A program made the position numbers and the translations under genes. The notes beneath the pieces are model-generated. The model saw nothing but the letters and a program-made list of their open reading frames with translations, had not been told where the DNA came from and ran no database searches. A stretch of 64,000 bases of DNA from Thermoplasmatales archaeon SW_10_69_26 (GTDB lineage: Archaea; Thermoplasmatota; SW-10-69-26), in contig PXUB01000025.1 in the NCBI GenBank assembly GCA_003009755.1, forward strand, positions 9,393 to 73,392, given 5' to 3'. Below, one piece after another: positions 27,444 through 36,889 of this stretch; within the stretch, counting starts at the first letter, position 1; each line of letters begins with the position of its first letter.

Positions 27444-27570
27444 CCCCGCTCACGATAGCATCGGCCGAGGACGCGTGGGCGCCCCCGGCCTCGGGCGGCC
27501 ACCGTCCCGGTCGACGGTCAGGGACCGAAGGGTCCGGGGGCATTGGGCCCCTGGTCCTCCGTCGGGGCGA

Positions 27571-27756
27571 TCAGATCCAGCTGGTCGGGGTTGAAGGCGC
27601 GGTCGCCTCCCTCCCCCACAGCTCGACCAGCACGCGGTTGTCCCGGTCGAAGTCGAGCACGAGACCCTGCTCGTCCCACAGGGTCTCGTCGACCTCCGGG
27701 TTCGGGCGCACGCGGACGGCATCTCCGACGCTGAGACGCACGTGTATCTCACCCAC
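27571..27756 (-). CDS. Possible small protein (61 aa), hypothetical.
   Basis: MGEIHVRLSVGDAVRVRPNPEVDETLWDEQGLVLDFDRDNRVLVELWG... looks beta-rich, like a KOW/Tudor-like small domain. Weak. Confidence 0.25.
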   Translation of the reverse strand: MGEIHVRLSVGDAVRVRPNPEVDETLWDEQGLVLDFDRDNRVLVELWGREATAPSTPTSWI

Positions 27757-27843
27757 AGATGTCTTGCATGGCCAACCCTGATGAAGGCTCGCTGGCCCGT
27801 CACATCGACGACGTTCAGATGCGGGTCCGTTTGTGGGCCGTTC

Positions 27844-29043
27844 TCAGGCGCTTTCGCCGCCCATGCGGGCGTCCGCGTGGGCGAGCGCGACGTCCGCGGC
27901 CTGATACAGCAGGTGCAGATCGGGCTCGGGTCGGGCGCGGGCGTAGTCGGCGAACTCGCCGCGCAGCGCCAACAGGTCCGCGTGGCCCTCCTCGACCGTG
28001 TCGGGATCGGCCCCAGGGCCCAGGTGGCGAGCGATCGTGGCCCGCAGGCGTTCGATCTTGACGGCGGCGAAGCCAGGCGGCATCGGGTTGTCGACGAGCG
28101 GCACGAGCTCGGGCTCGCCGCCCTCGCCGGGGGGGCCCTGGAAGCCGCCGGCTTCGAGGCCGCGGATCGCGTTCTCGAGGTGGGCGAGCTCGGGCGCCTC
28201 GTGGAGGGGCGTGGCCAGCGGTTCGCCGCAGGCGGCCACACCTTCGACGTCGAAGAGGCCGCGGCCGTCGCCGCGGAGGCCGTCGAGGAACCGGCGGGGC
28301 AGCGCCTCGCCCTCCTCGGTCTCCGCTTCGCGCCAGGCCAGCCGGGAGAGGTCGCCGACGGGCAGCTCGGCACGCAGAGCCAACGCCAGACCGGAGGGCG
28401 GCGGCGGATCGGGATCGTCGCCGGTGGGCCACAGGTAGCCGGCACCGCCACCGGCGAGCACGGTCGTCTCGGCGCGGTGCGTGGTGCACTCCTCGCCGTC
28501 GACGAGCACGGCCCCGGAGACGCCCTCCTCGGCGTCGCCGATCAAGCGCACGGCGACGGTCGTCTGGTCCACGGCGGCGCCCTCGCGCTGCAAGCGATCG
28601 AGGATCGCCTCGCGCAGGTTGCGGGCCCAGGCTTCGTCGTTGGGGACGTCCAGCTCCTCGAGCCACCGTCGGACGCGACGGGCGCGGAAGCCGAACACCT
28701 GGGCCTCCTCGGGGGCGGGAACCTCGCTGCGCTTGATGAGCTCGCGGGCCTGGGGCACCGGGTCCTCGGGGATCGGCGGGACGTCGGGGACGTCCTGGGC
28801 GCCCTGGACGAGCAGGCGGGTGCGGGCGCCCGATCGCACGGCGGCGAGGGCGGCGGCTGCGCCGGCCAGGTCGCCACCGACGACGAGCACGGACCGGTCG
28901 CGGGGACGGTCGGCGTCGGTCTCCTCGTCCGAGCCGAGGGTCATGCCGCCCAGCATGCCGCCGGGGCCTTCGCGGTCGCCGACGATGGCGCCGACGGCGT
29001 CCCCAGACGAGGACGGCGACGGGTGTTGATCGGGGTCCGCCAT
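27844..29043 (-). CDS. FAD-dependent oxidoreductase, putative divergent L-aspartate oxidase (NadB-like).
   Basis: Rossmann FAD motif VLVVGGDLAGAAAALAAVRSGARTRLLV and ...TTVLAGGGAGYLWPTGDDP (like NadB/SdhA TVLATGG.G...TTN). It lies 5 nt downstream of nadA on the same strand. At 399 aa it is shorter than canonical NadB. Confidence 0.45.
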   Translation of the reverse strand: MADPDQHPSPSSSGDAVGAIVGDREGPGGMLGGMTLGSDEETDADRPRDRSVLVVGGDLAGAAAALAAVRSGARTRLLVQGAQDVPDVPPIPEDPVPQARELIKRSEVPAPEEAQVFGFRARRVRRWLEELDVPNDEAWARNLREAILDRLQREGAAVDQTTVAVRLIGDAEEGVSGAVLVDGEECTTHRAETTVLAGGGAGYLWPTGDDPDPPPPSGLALALRAELPVGDLSRLAWREAETEEGEALPRRFLDGLRGDGRGLFDVEGVAACGEPLATPLHEAPELAHLENAIRGLEAGGFQGPPGEGGEPELVPLVDNPMPPGFAAVKIERLRATIARHLGPGADPDTVEEGHADLLALRGEFADYARARPEPDLHLLYQAADVALAHADARMGGESA

Positions 29044-29047
29044 GCGA

Positions 29048-30175
29048 TCACGACCCGATCTCGAGCATGCGGTCCAGCGCGACGCGGGACCACTCGCGGT
29101 CCTCCTCGTCGACGCGGACGCGGTTGATCACGTTGCCCTTGACCAGCTCCTCGAGCACCCAGGTCACGTAGTTGGGGTCGATCTGGCGCATCGCGTTGCA
29201 ATCCAGGCAGGCGTCGCCGCACAGCTGGATGACCTGCTTGGCCTCGGGCGTGTTGCGCTGCAGGTGCTCGATGAGGTGCTTCTCGGTGCCGATCGCGATC
29301 GTGGTGTCATCCTCGGCCTCGTGCACGAAGTCGATGATCTGGCCCGTCGAACCGGCGAAGTCGGCGGCGTCGACGACCTCGCGCGGGCACTCGGGGTGGA
29401 CGATGATCTCGCCGTCCGGGTAGCGCTCGCGCATGCCGGCCACGTGCTCGAGGGAGAACCGGTCGTGGACCTGGCACATGCCATCCCACAGGATGAAGCG
29501 GGCGTCCTCGACGGCCTCCCGAGAGGTGCCGCCGAACTCGGGGTGCCAGGGGTTCCACTTCACCCAGTCCTCGTCGCGGAAGCCCAGGTCGTAGGCGGTG
29601 TTGTGGCCGAGGTGCTTGTCCGGCATGAACAGGATCTTGCGCCCGGAGTCCAGCGCCCACTCGAAGATCTCGTCGGCGCTCGAGCTCGTGCAGATCGCCC
29701 CGTCCATCCGGCCGGTGAAGGCCTTGAGGTCGGCGTAGCTGTTCATGTAGGTGACGGGCACGATCTCGTCGGGGTCGAGCACCTGGGTGAGGTCGTCCCA
29801 GGCTTGGCGAACCTGCACCATCTCGGCCATGCCGGCCATCGGGCAGGCGGCCTCGCGGCTCGGGATGATGACGTTGCGTTCGCCGCCGGTAAGGATGTCG
29901 GCCGTCTCGGCCATGAACGTGACGCCGCAGAAGACGATGTTCTCGACCTCGGCGTCACGGGCGCGCTTGGAGAGGGAGAAGGAATCACCCGTGAAGTCCG
30001 CCAGCTCGTAGATCTCCTCGTGCTGGTAGTTGTGCCCCAAGATGAGGGTCGAGTCGCCCAGGCAATCGCGGGCGCGCTCGATGCGCTCGGCTCGTTCCCC
30101 CGGGCCCAGATCCCGGTAGGGTTCCGGTAGCTGGGCGAAGTGGGCGTACCGGAACAGGTTCAGCGTCTCGGCCAT
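29048..30175 (-). CDS. nadA: Quinolinate synthase A.
   Basis: 375 aa. HNYQHEEIYELADFTGDSFSLSKRA..., FMAET, TYMNSYADLKAFTG, HPECP, LCGDACLDCNAMRQI are all NadA hallmarks with conserved Cys ligands. Confidence 0.9.
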   Translation of the reverse strand: MAETLNLFRYAHFAQLPEPYRDLGPGERAERIERARDCLGDSTLILGHNYQHEEIYELADFTGDSFSLSKRARDAEVENIVFCGVTFMAETADILTGGERNVIIPSREAACPMAGMAEMVQVRQAWDDLTQVLDPDEIVPVTYMNSYADLKAFTGRMDGAICTSSSADEIFEWALDSGRKILFMPDKHLGHNTAYDLGFRDEDWVKWNPWHPEFGGTSREAVEDARFILWDGMCQVHDRFSLEHVAGMRERYPDGEIIVHPECPREVVDAADFAGSTGQIIDFVHEAEDDTTIAIGTEKHLIEHLQRNTPEAKQVIQLCGDACLDCNAMRQIDPNYVTWVLEELVKGNVINRVRVDEEDREWSRVALDRMLEIGS

Positions 30176-30362
30176 CGCATGGAGCCAGCCGACCGGAGCC
30201 TAAAGGCGTTGGGTTGGGGGAAATCCGTTCGCCCTCGGGAGCGCTGGCTCGAAGAATTTTCGCTCGCGCCCGCGACCACGAAGCTGCCTGCGGTGGCAAG
30301 CTTCCCCACCCCGAGCGAACATCTATAACGTCTGTTGCCTTGCCCTATACGAGGCGGTCGAC

Positions 30363-30965
30363 ATGACTGACTACACGCTGGACGAGCTTCCCTACGACTA
30401 CGACGCGCTGGAGCCCCACATCAGCGAGCAGGTGCTCAAGTGGCACCACGACCGACACCACCAGGGCTACGTTGACGGGTGGAACAGCGCCGAGGAGACG
30501 CTCGAGGAGAACCGCGAGTCCGGCGACTTCTCTTCGAGCGGGTCCGCCCTCCGCAACGTGACCCACAACGGGTGCGGTCACATCCTGCACGCGCTGTTCT
30601 GGCACAACATGAGCCCCACCGGCGGCGACGAGCCCACCGGCGCGATCGCCGACCGCATCGAGGCGGACTTCGGCAGCTACGAGGCCTGGGAAGGTGAGTT
30701 CCGCGCCGCAGCCAGCGAGGCCTCCGGCTGGGCGCTCCTCGTCTACGACAGCTTCTCCAACCAGCTCCGCAACGTGGTCGTCGACAAGCACGACCAAGGC
30801 GCGCTCTGGGGCTCGCACCCGATCCTCGCCTTGGACGTGTGGGAGCACTCCTACTACCACGACTACGGCCCCGACCGCGGCGACTTCGTCGACGCGTTCT
30901 TCAACGTCGTCGACTGGGAGGAGCCCCGCTCGCGGTACAAGCAGGCCGTCTCCCTGTTCGAGTAA
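30363..30965 (+). CDS. sod: Fe/Mn superoxide dismutase.
   Basis: LPYDYDALEPHISEQVLKWHHDRHHQGYV...DVWEHSYYHDYGPDRGDFV carries all four metal ligands (H, H, D, H). 200 aa. An AT-rich atctataacg lies ~35 nt upstream. Confidence 0.9.
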   Translation: MTDYTLDELPYDYDALEPHISEQVLKWHHDRHHQGYVDGWNSAEETLEENRESGDFSSSGSALRNVTHNGCGHILHALFWHNMSPTGGDEPTGAIADRIEADFGSYEAWEGEFRAAASEASGWALLVYDSFSNQLRNVVVDKHDQGALWGSHPILALDVWEHSYYHDYGPDRGDFVDAFFNVVDWEEPRSRYKQAVSLFE

Positions 30966-31052
30966 GCGCATCCCGCGCTCTTGGCCTCCCCGCGAGGAGA
31001 GGCCCGCTTTCCTCTTCTTCTCTTCCGCCCGCCAGCGACGCCGCCACCCAGC

Positions 31053-32075
31053 TTAGCCGCGCTCGCCGGCGTTGAGCCCGGCGCGCTCGGCGACGTCGTA
31101 CACCTCGGTGCGGGCATCGCGCAGCGAGGCGCGCTTGACGACGTAGCCCAGCTCGGTCAGCTTGCCGAGGCTCGATCGCACGGTGCGGGACGTGAGCCCG
31201 GACTGGCGAGCGATCTCGGAGGGCGTCATCGGGCCCTCGTACTCCAACAGCTTGTAGATGAACCGGGCCGAGGGCGGGGCATCGGCCAGCTCGCTGCCGA
31301 TCTCGCGTTTCAGCCGGACGCGGCCGAGCAGGTGGCCGTGCTCGCGCTCGGACAACCGCACCAGCGTCAGCCGGCGGCCGGTGCCCTTGATCGTGACGTC
31401 CTCGTCGATCGAGACCCGGCGGTGACCGTCGACGACGAGCTCGACGCCGGAGCCGCTCTCGGGGTTGGCCAGCGTGATCATGGAGGCGCTGGGCGACACG
31501 ATCGGGGGATGGTCCTCCTCGCTGCAGACGGGCACGACGGTCAACACGTCGGCGGCGGACAGGACCGCGGGTCCGCCGGCAGACAACGCGTAGGCGGTCG
31601 ACCCGGTCGGGGTGCACACGATCGTGCCGTCGCCGCGGTCGTGCCACAGCAGCTCGCCGTCGACCTTGACGTCGACGTCGAGGAACGTGCCGTTCTGCTG
31701 GGGCAACACGGCGGCCTCGTTGAGCGCCAGCCAGCGCTCGTCGCCGACCTCGCACTCCATGCGCAGCGTCTGCGTGCGCCCCGATCGACCCTCGGCCAGG
31801 GCTCGGGCGACCTCCTCGGCCTCGCCGGCCTGGGCCTCGGCGAGCACGCCCAGGCCCTCGTTGGACAAGAGCAGGACCGGCGGCGGGTCGGGCAGCTCGG
31901 CCAACCGCGACAGGAAGAATCGGGTCTCGCCGACGAGCGTCAGCACGTCGGTCTCGGCGTCGACGGCATCGGTGACGGTCAGCTCGTGCTCGGCGAACGC
32001 CTCCCGCACCTGGCCGCCGTCCTCGCGGGCTCGCTCGTGGGCCTCGACCGCGACGCGCACGTTCCCCGGGCACAT
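31053..32075 (-). CDS. NAD-kinase-like protein with a divergent GGDG motif, fused to a C-terminal winged-helix DNA-binding domain.
   Basis: The NadK fold is clear: NEGLGVLA (NxGxLGFL) and DGTIVCTPTGSTAYALSAGGP. The GGDGT catalytic motif reads VGETR. The C-terminal PSARFIYKLLEYEGPMTPSEIARQSGLTSRTVRSSLGKLTELGYVVKRASLRDARTEVYDV is a MarR/TrmB-like wHTH. The start is placed at the internal ATG (MCPGNVR...). Confidence 0.7.
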   Translation of the reverse strand: MCPGNVRVAVEAHERAREDGGQVREAFAEHELTVTDAVDAETDVLTLVGETRFFLSRLAELPDPPPVLLLSNEGLGVLAEAQAGEAEEVARALAEGRSGRTQTLRMECEVGDERWLALNEAAVLPQQNGTFLDVDVKVDGELLWHDRGDGTIVCTPTGSTAYALSAGGPAVLSAADVLTVVPVCSEEDHPPIVSPSASMITLANPESGSGVELVVDGHRRVSIDEDVTIKGTGRRLTLVRLSEREHGHLLGRVRLKREIGSELADAPPSARFIYKLLEYEGPMTPSEIARQSGLTSRTVRSSLGKLTELGYVVKRASLRDARTEVYDVAERAGLNAGERG

Positions 32076-32141
32076 CGTCGGCCCCCTTGAGGCCTGCGCC
32101 CGCGGGCGAACGGTCAAGCCGCCGAAGCCGCGTGAGCCCAC

Positions 32142-32996
32142 ATGGTCGGACGTTGGAAGCTGCTCGGCTGGGCCGGAGCCGGCCTGCTGACGTTGGTCGT
32201 GCTAGCGCCCGCCGGGATGCTGTGGATGCTGTTGCATCCGCCCCAGGCCGGCGGCACGACGACGCCGGTCGAGCTGGGGCTGGCGGCCGAGCATCGGCGG
32301 TTGACGACCGAGGACGGTGTCGAGCTGGATGCCTGGGTCGTCGAGGCCGCCAACGAGACCGACTCGGCGATCGTGGTCGCCCACGGCTACCCGGCCAGCA
32401 AGGCCGACGTGCTGCCGGCGGTGGCCTTCCTTGCAGGAGACCATCACCTCGTGCTGGTCGACCACCGCGGGTTGGGTGACAGCGAGGGCTCGACGACGCT
32501 GGGCATCGAGGAACCGTTGGACGTGCAGGCCGGCATCGAGGCGGCGCGCGCGATCGCGGGCGTCGACCGCGTCGGGTTGCTCGGGTTCTCGATGGGTGGC
32601 GCCGCGGCGATCCAGGCGGCCGACGACGCCGACGTGGACGCGCTCGTGGCGCAAGCCGCCTACGCGGACCTGGGCGATCTTGCGGCCGGTAGCTTCGAGG
32701 GCCTGGGCCCGCTGGCCCACCCGATGGGTGCCCTGATGCTGTTCTACGGCGAGCTGGCCGGCCTCGACCCCGACCGCGCCCGCCCCGTGGAGGACATCGG
32801 GGACGTCGAGGCGCCGATCTTGTTGATCCACGGCAGCGAGGACGAGACGATCGACGCCGACCACGGCCGTCGGCTGGCCGAGGCCGCCCCCGAGGCCGAG
32901 CTGTGGATCGTCGACGGCGGCACGCACGGCGCCGCCGCGTTGAACCCCGGGTGGGGGGACCGCGTGGGCGCGTTCTTCGACGACGCGCTCGAGTGA
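32142..32996 (+). CDS. Alpha/beta-hydrolase-fold protein.
   Basis: N-terminal TM; nucleophile elbow GFSMGG; ...LLIHGSEDETID... His region. 284 aa. Confidence 0.7.
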   Translation: MVGRWKLLGWAGAGLLTLVVLAPAGMLWMLLHPPQAGGTTTPVELGLAAEHRRLTTEDGVELDAWVVEAANETDSAIVVAHGYPASKADVLPAVAFLAGDHHLVLVDHRGLGDSEGSTTLGIEEPLDVQAGIEAARAIAGVDRVGLLGFSMGGAAAIQAADDADVDALVAQAAYADLGDLAAGSFEGLGPLAHPMGALMLFYGELAGLDPDRARPVEDIGDVEAPILLIHGSEDETIDADHGRRLAEAAPEAELWIVDGGTHGAAALNPGWGDRVGAFFDDALE

Positions 32997-33259
32997 GAGG
33001 GGCAAGCAGGGGACGGCAGAGGCAGCGGGACACAGCAGAGGCTCTGTCCCCCCGTTCCTCGTCGTTCTCCGCCTCGTGCGTTTCGGCCTCCGATCCCCTG
33101 CATGCTTCCCGCCGTCCAACCTTCCCGCGATGGCGTTGCCTCCCCCTCTCCGTTCCTCGAGCCTCCGTCCCGCTGTGGTCGAGGTCGCCGCTTGGCTGTC
33201 CTCCCCCCCGGCCCTCCCCTCGTCCTCTCCTTCTTGTATGAGGAGCGGATGCCCGGGTG

Positions 33260-35209
33260 ATGCCCGTCAGCTTCGAGGCCCGCGCACGAGAGGGCCTGTC
33301 CCGTCGGGGGACGATGGAGACCCCGCACGGGCCCGTGGACACGCCGGCGATGATGCCGGTGATCAACCCCAACCGCACGCTGATCGAGCCCCAGCGGATG
33401 GCCGAGGACTTCGGCGCTCAGATCCTCATCACGAACGCCTACATCATCCGCAAGGACGAGGACCTGCGCGAGCAAGCCCGCGAGGAGGGCGTGCACGCCC
33501 TGATCGATTGGGACCGGCCCCTGGTGACGGATTCGGGCACCTTCCAGGACTACGTTTACGGCGAGATCGACCTCGAGCCCGACGAGATCCTCGCCTTCCA
33601 GCGCGAGATGGGCTCGGACGTCGGCACGATCCTCGACGTCTTCAGCCCGCCGGACCGCACGCACGAGGAGGCCGACCAGGAGGCCGACGACACGCTGTTG
33701 CGCGCCGTGGACGCGGTCGACCACGCCGGCGACATGGCGCTCAACCTGCCCGTGCAGGGCGGCACCTACCCCGACCTGCGCGAGGCGGCCGCCCGCGACG
33801 TCTCCCGCCTCGAACCGCCCGGTGGTGCCCTGCACCCGATCGGTGGCGTCGTCCCCCTCATGGAGGACCAGCGCTACGTCACGCTCACGAAGGCGATCTT
33901 GGGCGCCCAGCGCGGCCTGCACGCCGGCCGCCCGGTGCACCTGTTCGGCGCCGGCCACCCGCACATGCTGGCCCTGGCGGTCTACCTCGGGTGCGATCTG
34001 TTCGACTCGGCCGCCTACGCCAAGTACGCCGACGACGACCGGCTCGTGTTCCCCTGGGGCACCGTCGGGCTCGACGAGCTCGACGAGCTGCCCTGCACGT
34101 GCCCCACCTGCCGCGAGCGCACCGCCGGGGACCTCGAGGCCTTGCCCGACGACGAGCGCGTGCAGGCGCTGGGCGAGCACAACCTGCACGTCACGATGGC
34201 CGAGATGCGCCGCATCCGGCACGCCCAGGACAGCGGCCGCCTGCTCGAGCTGGTGCTCGAGCGCATCAGCGCGCATCCGGCCTTGGACGCCTGCCGGCAC
34301 GTGCTGGCCGACCACGTCGACCAGCTGGAGGCTCGCGAGCCGGTCTCCCACCACCGCGCGGTGACCCTCGTCGACCACGGCCTCGACTGGCATCCCCAGC
34401 CCGAGCGGGCGATGGACCGGGTCGACCGCCGGCTGGACCCCCGCGGCCCCCTCACGCTGCTGGATGCGGTCGACCGTCCGTTCACGGCGAACGCCACCGA
34501 CGAGGTGCAGGCGATGCGCGCCCGCGGCGTGCACCCGTTCTTCCCGTCCCGGCTGGGCCCGGTGCCCTTCGACCTCGACGAAGCCTACCCGTTCTCCCAG
34601 TGCCGGGAGGGACCGATCACGGAGCCGGTCGTCGAGGCCAGCCGCGAGCAGCTCGACCAACTGGCCGAGGCGTGGGACGTCGACGTCCTCGCACCTGAGA
34701 CGGCCCGCCAGCGGCCGGCGGAGGACGAGGTGGATCTGACGGCCGAGCGCGTGGCCGCGACCGCCAGCTACCAGTTCGGGCCCCAGGCCGGCCGACGCCT
34801 GCTGGCGGGCGAGGTCGCGATCGAGACCTCCCCGCGCACGGGGCGTGTGCGGACCGTGGAGACCGACGGCGAGCACGTGCTCTCGCGCCGCGCCTACGAC
34901 GGCCTGTTCACGCTCAAGCTCGCCGGCGCTCGCCGCATCCACGAGTGGTTGCCGCGCCCGTTCATGCGCGTCCGCGTCGACGAGGAGTCGGCCCCGTTCA
35001 ACGCGGCCGGCAAATCGGTGTTCGCCAAGTTCGTGCTCGGCGTTCAAAAGGGCCTGCGCCCCGGCGAGGAGTGCCTGGTGGTGGACCCCGACGACGAGCT
35101 CGTGGGCTGCGGGCAGCTGCGGGTCAGCCCGGCCGAGATGAAGGACATGGGCAGCGGGCCGGCCGTCGACGTGCGGGAGGGCATCGGCAAGGACACCTAC
35201 CGGGGCTGA
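33260..35209 (+). CDS. tgtA: Archaeosine tRNA-guanine transglycosylase (ArcTGT) with a C-terminal PUA domain.
   Basis: ...METPHGPVDTPAMMPV..., zinc site CTCPTCRER, and ~650 aa total with C-terminal C2/PUA domains. These are typical of archaeal TgtA. Confidence 0.85.
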   Translation: MPVSFEARAREGLSRRGTMETPHGPVDTPAMMPVINPNRTLIEPQRMAEDFGAQILITNAYIIRKDEDLREQAREEGVHALIDWDRPLVTDSGTFQDYVYGEIDLEPDEILAFQREMGSDVGTILDVFSPPDRTHEEADQEADDTLLRAVDAVDHAGDMALNLPVQGGTYPDLREAAARDVSRLEPPGGALHPIGGVVPLMEDQRYVTLTKAILGAQRGLHAGRPVHLFGAGHPHMLALAVYLGCDLFDSAAYAKYADDDRLVFPWGTVGLDELDELPCTCPTCRERTAGDLEALPDDERVQALGEHNLHVTMAEMRRIRHAQDSGRLLELVLERISAHPALDACRHVLADHVDQLEAREPVSHHRAVTLVDHGLDWHPQPERAMDRVDRRLDPRGPLTLLDAVDRPFTANATDEVQAMRARGVHPFFPSRLGPVPFDLDEAYPFSQCREGPITEPVVEASREQLDQLAEAWDVDVLAPETARQRPAEDEVDLTAERVAATASYQFGPQAGRRLLAGEVAIETSPRTGRVRTVETDGEHVLSRRAYDGLFTLKLAGARRIHEWLPRPFMRVRVDEESAPFNAAGKSVFAKFVLGVQKGLRPGEECLVVDPDDELVGCGQLRVSPAEMKDMGSGPAVDVREGIGKDTYRG

Positions 35210-35290
35210 GGGGCACATCTCAGCCTGGCTCAGGGACGATCGCGTGGGCTGGGCAAGGGTTCACAAGCAGGCGTCCGGCAAGCGGGAGGC

Positions 35291-35842
35291 ATGCAGCCCG
35301 AGGATGAACTGCGAGCCGACCACATGGCGATCCGGCGAGGCGCAAAGGTGCTCGAACACCTGGCCCACCACCTCCGCGAGGGCCACGGCGTCCGCAACAC
35401 GGACATGTTCACGCTCGTCGACCTGCTCGACCGCGCCGCCGGCGAGGACCACCACGGCAAGGAGGAGCAGATCCTGTTCGCGTTCCTGCGCGAGAGGCGC
35501 ACGCGGTTCGGGTTCGACGGGCTGCGCAGCTTCCACGAGGACCACGACGAGCTGGGGGATCTGCTGGCCGACCTCCGCGAGCTCGTCGGCCCAGCCTGCG
35601 AGGGGGACCAGCGGGCCCGGCAACGGTTGGACAAGATGGCCACCCGCTACCGTGAGGCGACCCGCGATCACTTGCGCCGGGAGGAGCAGACGTTCCTCGA
35701 CCGGCTGCACGAGAACCTGAGCACCGACGAGATCCAGGATCTCGCCGACCGGTTGGCCGCCTTCGACGGGGCGCCGAAGGCGCGGGACCGCCTCGAGGAT
35801 CGATCGGATCGGCTCGCGAACGGCTACGAGGACGCCTTCTGA
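35291..35842 (+). CDS. Hemerythrin-like (HHE cation-binding) domain protein.
   Basis: Repeated H/E-rich helices: ...LRADHMAIRRG...HLAHHLREGHG..., HHGKEEQILF, FHEDHDELGDLL, HLRREEQTF. Confidence 0.65.
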   Translation: MQPEDELRADHMAIRRGAKVLEHLAHHLREGHGVRNTDMFTLVDLLDRAAGEDHHGKEEQILFAFLRERRTRFGFDGLRSFHEDHDELGDLLADLRELVGPACEGDQRARQRLDKMATRYREATRDHLRREEQTFLDRLHENLSTDEIQDLADRLAAFDGAPKARDRLEDRSDRLANGYEDAF

Positions 35843-35843
35843 G

Positions 35844-36557
35844 TCACTCCCGGAACAGCAGTTGCGTGTGCCCGACGCCGATCACGTCCCCGTGCGACAG
35901 CCCTCGGCGCTCGCCCAGGCCCAGCCGGTCGCCGTTCAGGGAGACCCGAGCCCGCGCCGAGCGGAGATCCAGCAGCGTGTAGGTGTCGTCCTGGATCTCG
36001 ATCTCGGCCGCCTGGTCGTCGACGAACCGGCTCTCGGGGAGGGGGACGTCGGCCTTGGGCTGGCTGCCGAGGATCCAGCCGCGGCGGCGGTCGGCCTCGA
36101 GCGTGCCCAGGCGGAACCGGCGGCCGACCTCGAGGCCGTGGACGACGACGAGGTGGGGTCCGGGCCCGGTCGGTTCCGGCTCCCACTCGATCGGCGAGGG
36201 ATCGGGATCCTCGGGGTGGACGGACGGGTTGCCGTGGGCGGACAGCTCGCGCAAGGCCTCGGCCAGCGCCCACAGGGGTGCCTGGTCGATCCGGTAGGCG
36301 TTCTTCACGCGGCCGCCCTCGCGGACGCGCTGGGCGCGCACGATGCCGGCCTCCTGCAGCTGGTTGAGGTGGTAGCGCACCCCCTGACGGGTGAGACAGC
36401 GGGTGCGGTTCCCGTTGCGGCCGTCGTGGTCGACCGGCGTGAGCTCGATCTCGTCCAGCGTGCAGGCGTCCTGGAGCTGGGACAGAAGGCTCAGACGGTT
36501 CGCGAACGCGAGCGCTTCGAGGCTCTCCAGGATCCAGTCGGTGGCTTCCTCCCCCAT
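35844..36557 (-). CDS. Transcriptional regulator with an N-terminal ArsR-like wHTH and a C-terminal FHA (forkhead-associated) domain.
   Basis: wHTH: ...RLSLLSQLQDACTLDEIELTPV...LTRQGVRYHLNQLQEAGIV...AYRID. FHA: HLVVVHGLEVGRRFRLG...GWILGSQPKADVPLPESRFVDDQAAEIEIQDDTYTLLDLRSARARVSLNGDRL...LSHGDVIGVGHTQLLFRE. The start is placed at an internal ATG (MGEEATDW...). Confidence 0.7.
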   Translation of the reverse strand: MGEEATDWILESLEALAFANRLSLLSQLQDACTLDEIELTPVDHDGRNGNRTRCLTRQGVRYHLNQLQEAGIVRAQRVREGGRVKNAYRIDQAPLWALAEALRELSAHGNPSVHPEDPDPSPIEWEPEPTGPGPHLVVVHGLEVGRRFRLGTLEADRRRGWILGSQPKADVPLPESRFVDDQAAEIEIQDDTYTLLDLRSARARVSLNGDRLGLGERRGLSHGDVIGVGHTQLLFRE

Positions 36558-36889
36558 GGCGCAGGACGAGGCCCGTGACGAGGTTTGAACGCTCGCGCGA
36601 AGATCTTCGATCACCGATGGATGTCCTACCGCAGGAGGAACCGGGGGCTGCAGCCGGTCCCCAGCTCCGTCGGGATCAGAGGCCTGGTAGTGCAACGGTT
36701 GGCTTGACACGTGGACGTTTGCCGGTGACAAACGAGGGCCAGCGAACCCAACCGCCCCACCGGGCGCGGGCAAGGTCGGCTGAGTGGTGTCGGCTGGGCG
36801 CCGTGCAGGGGAACGAGCACCTGCTCGAAGGAAGCAACGATTTGGACTGAAACGCCCATTCTTGGCCGCTTGCGCGGCTCTTTCCCCAA

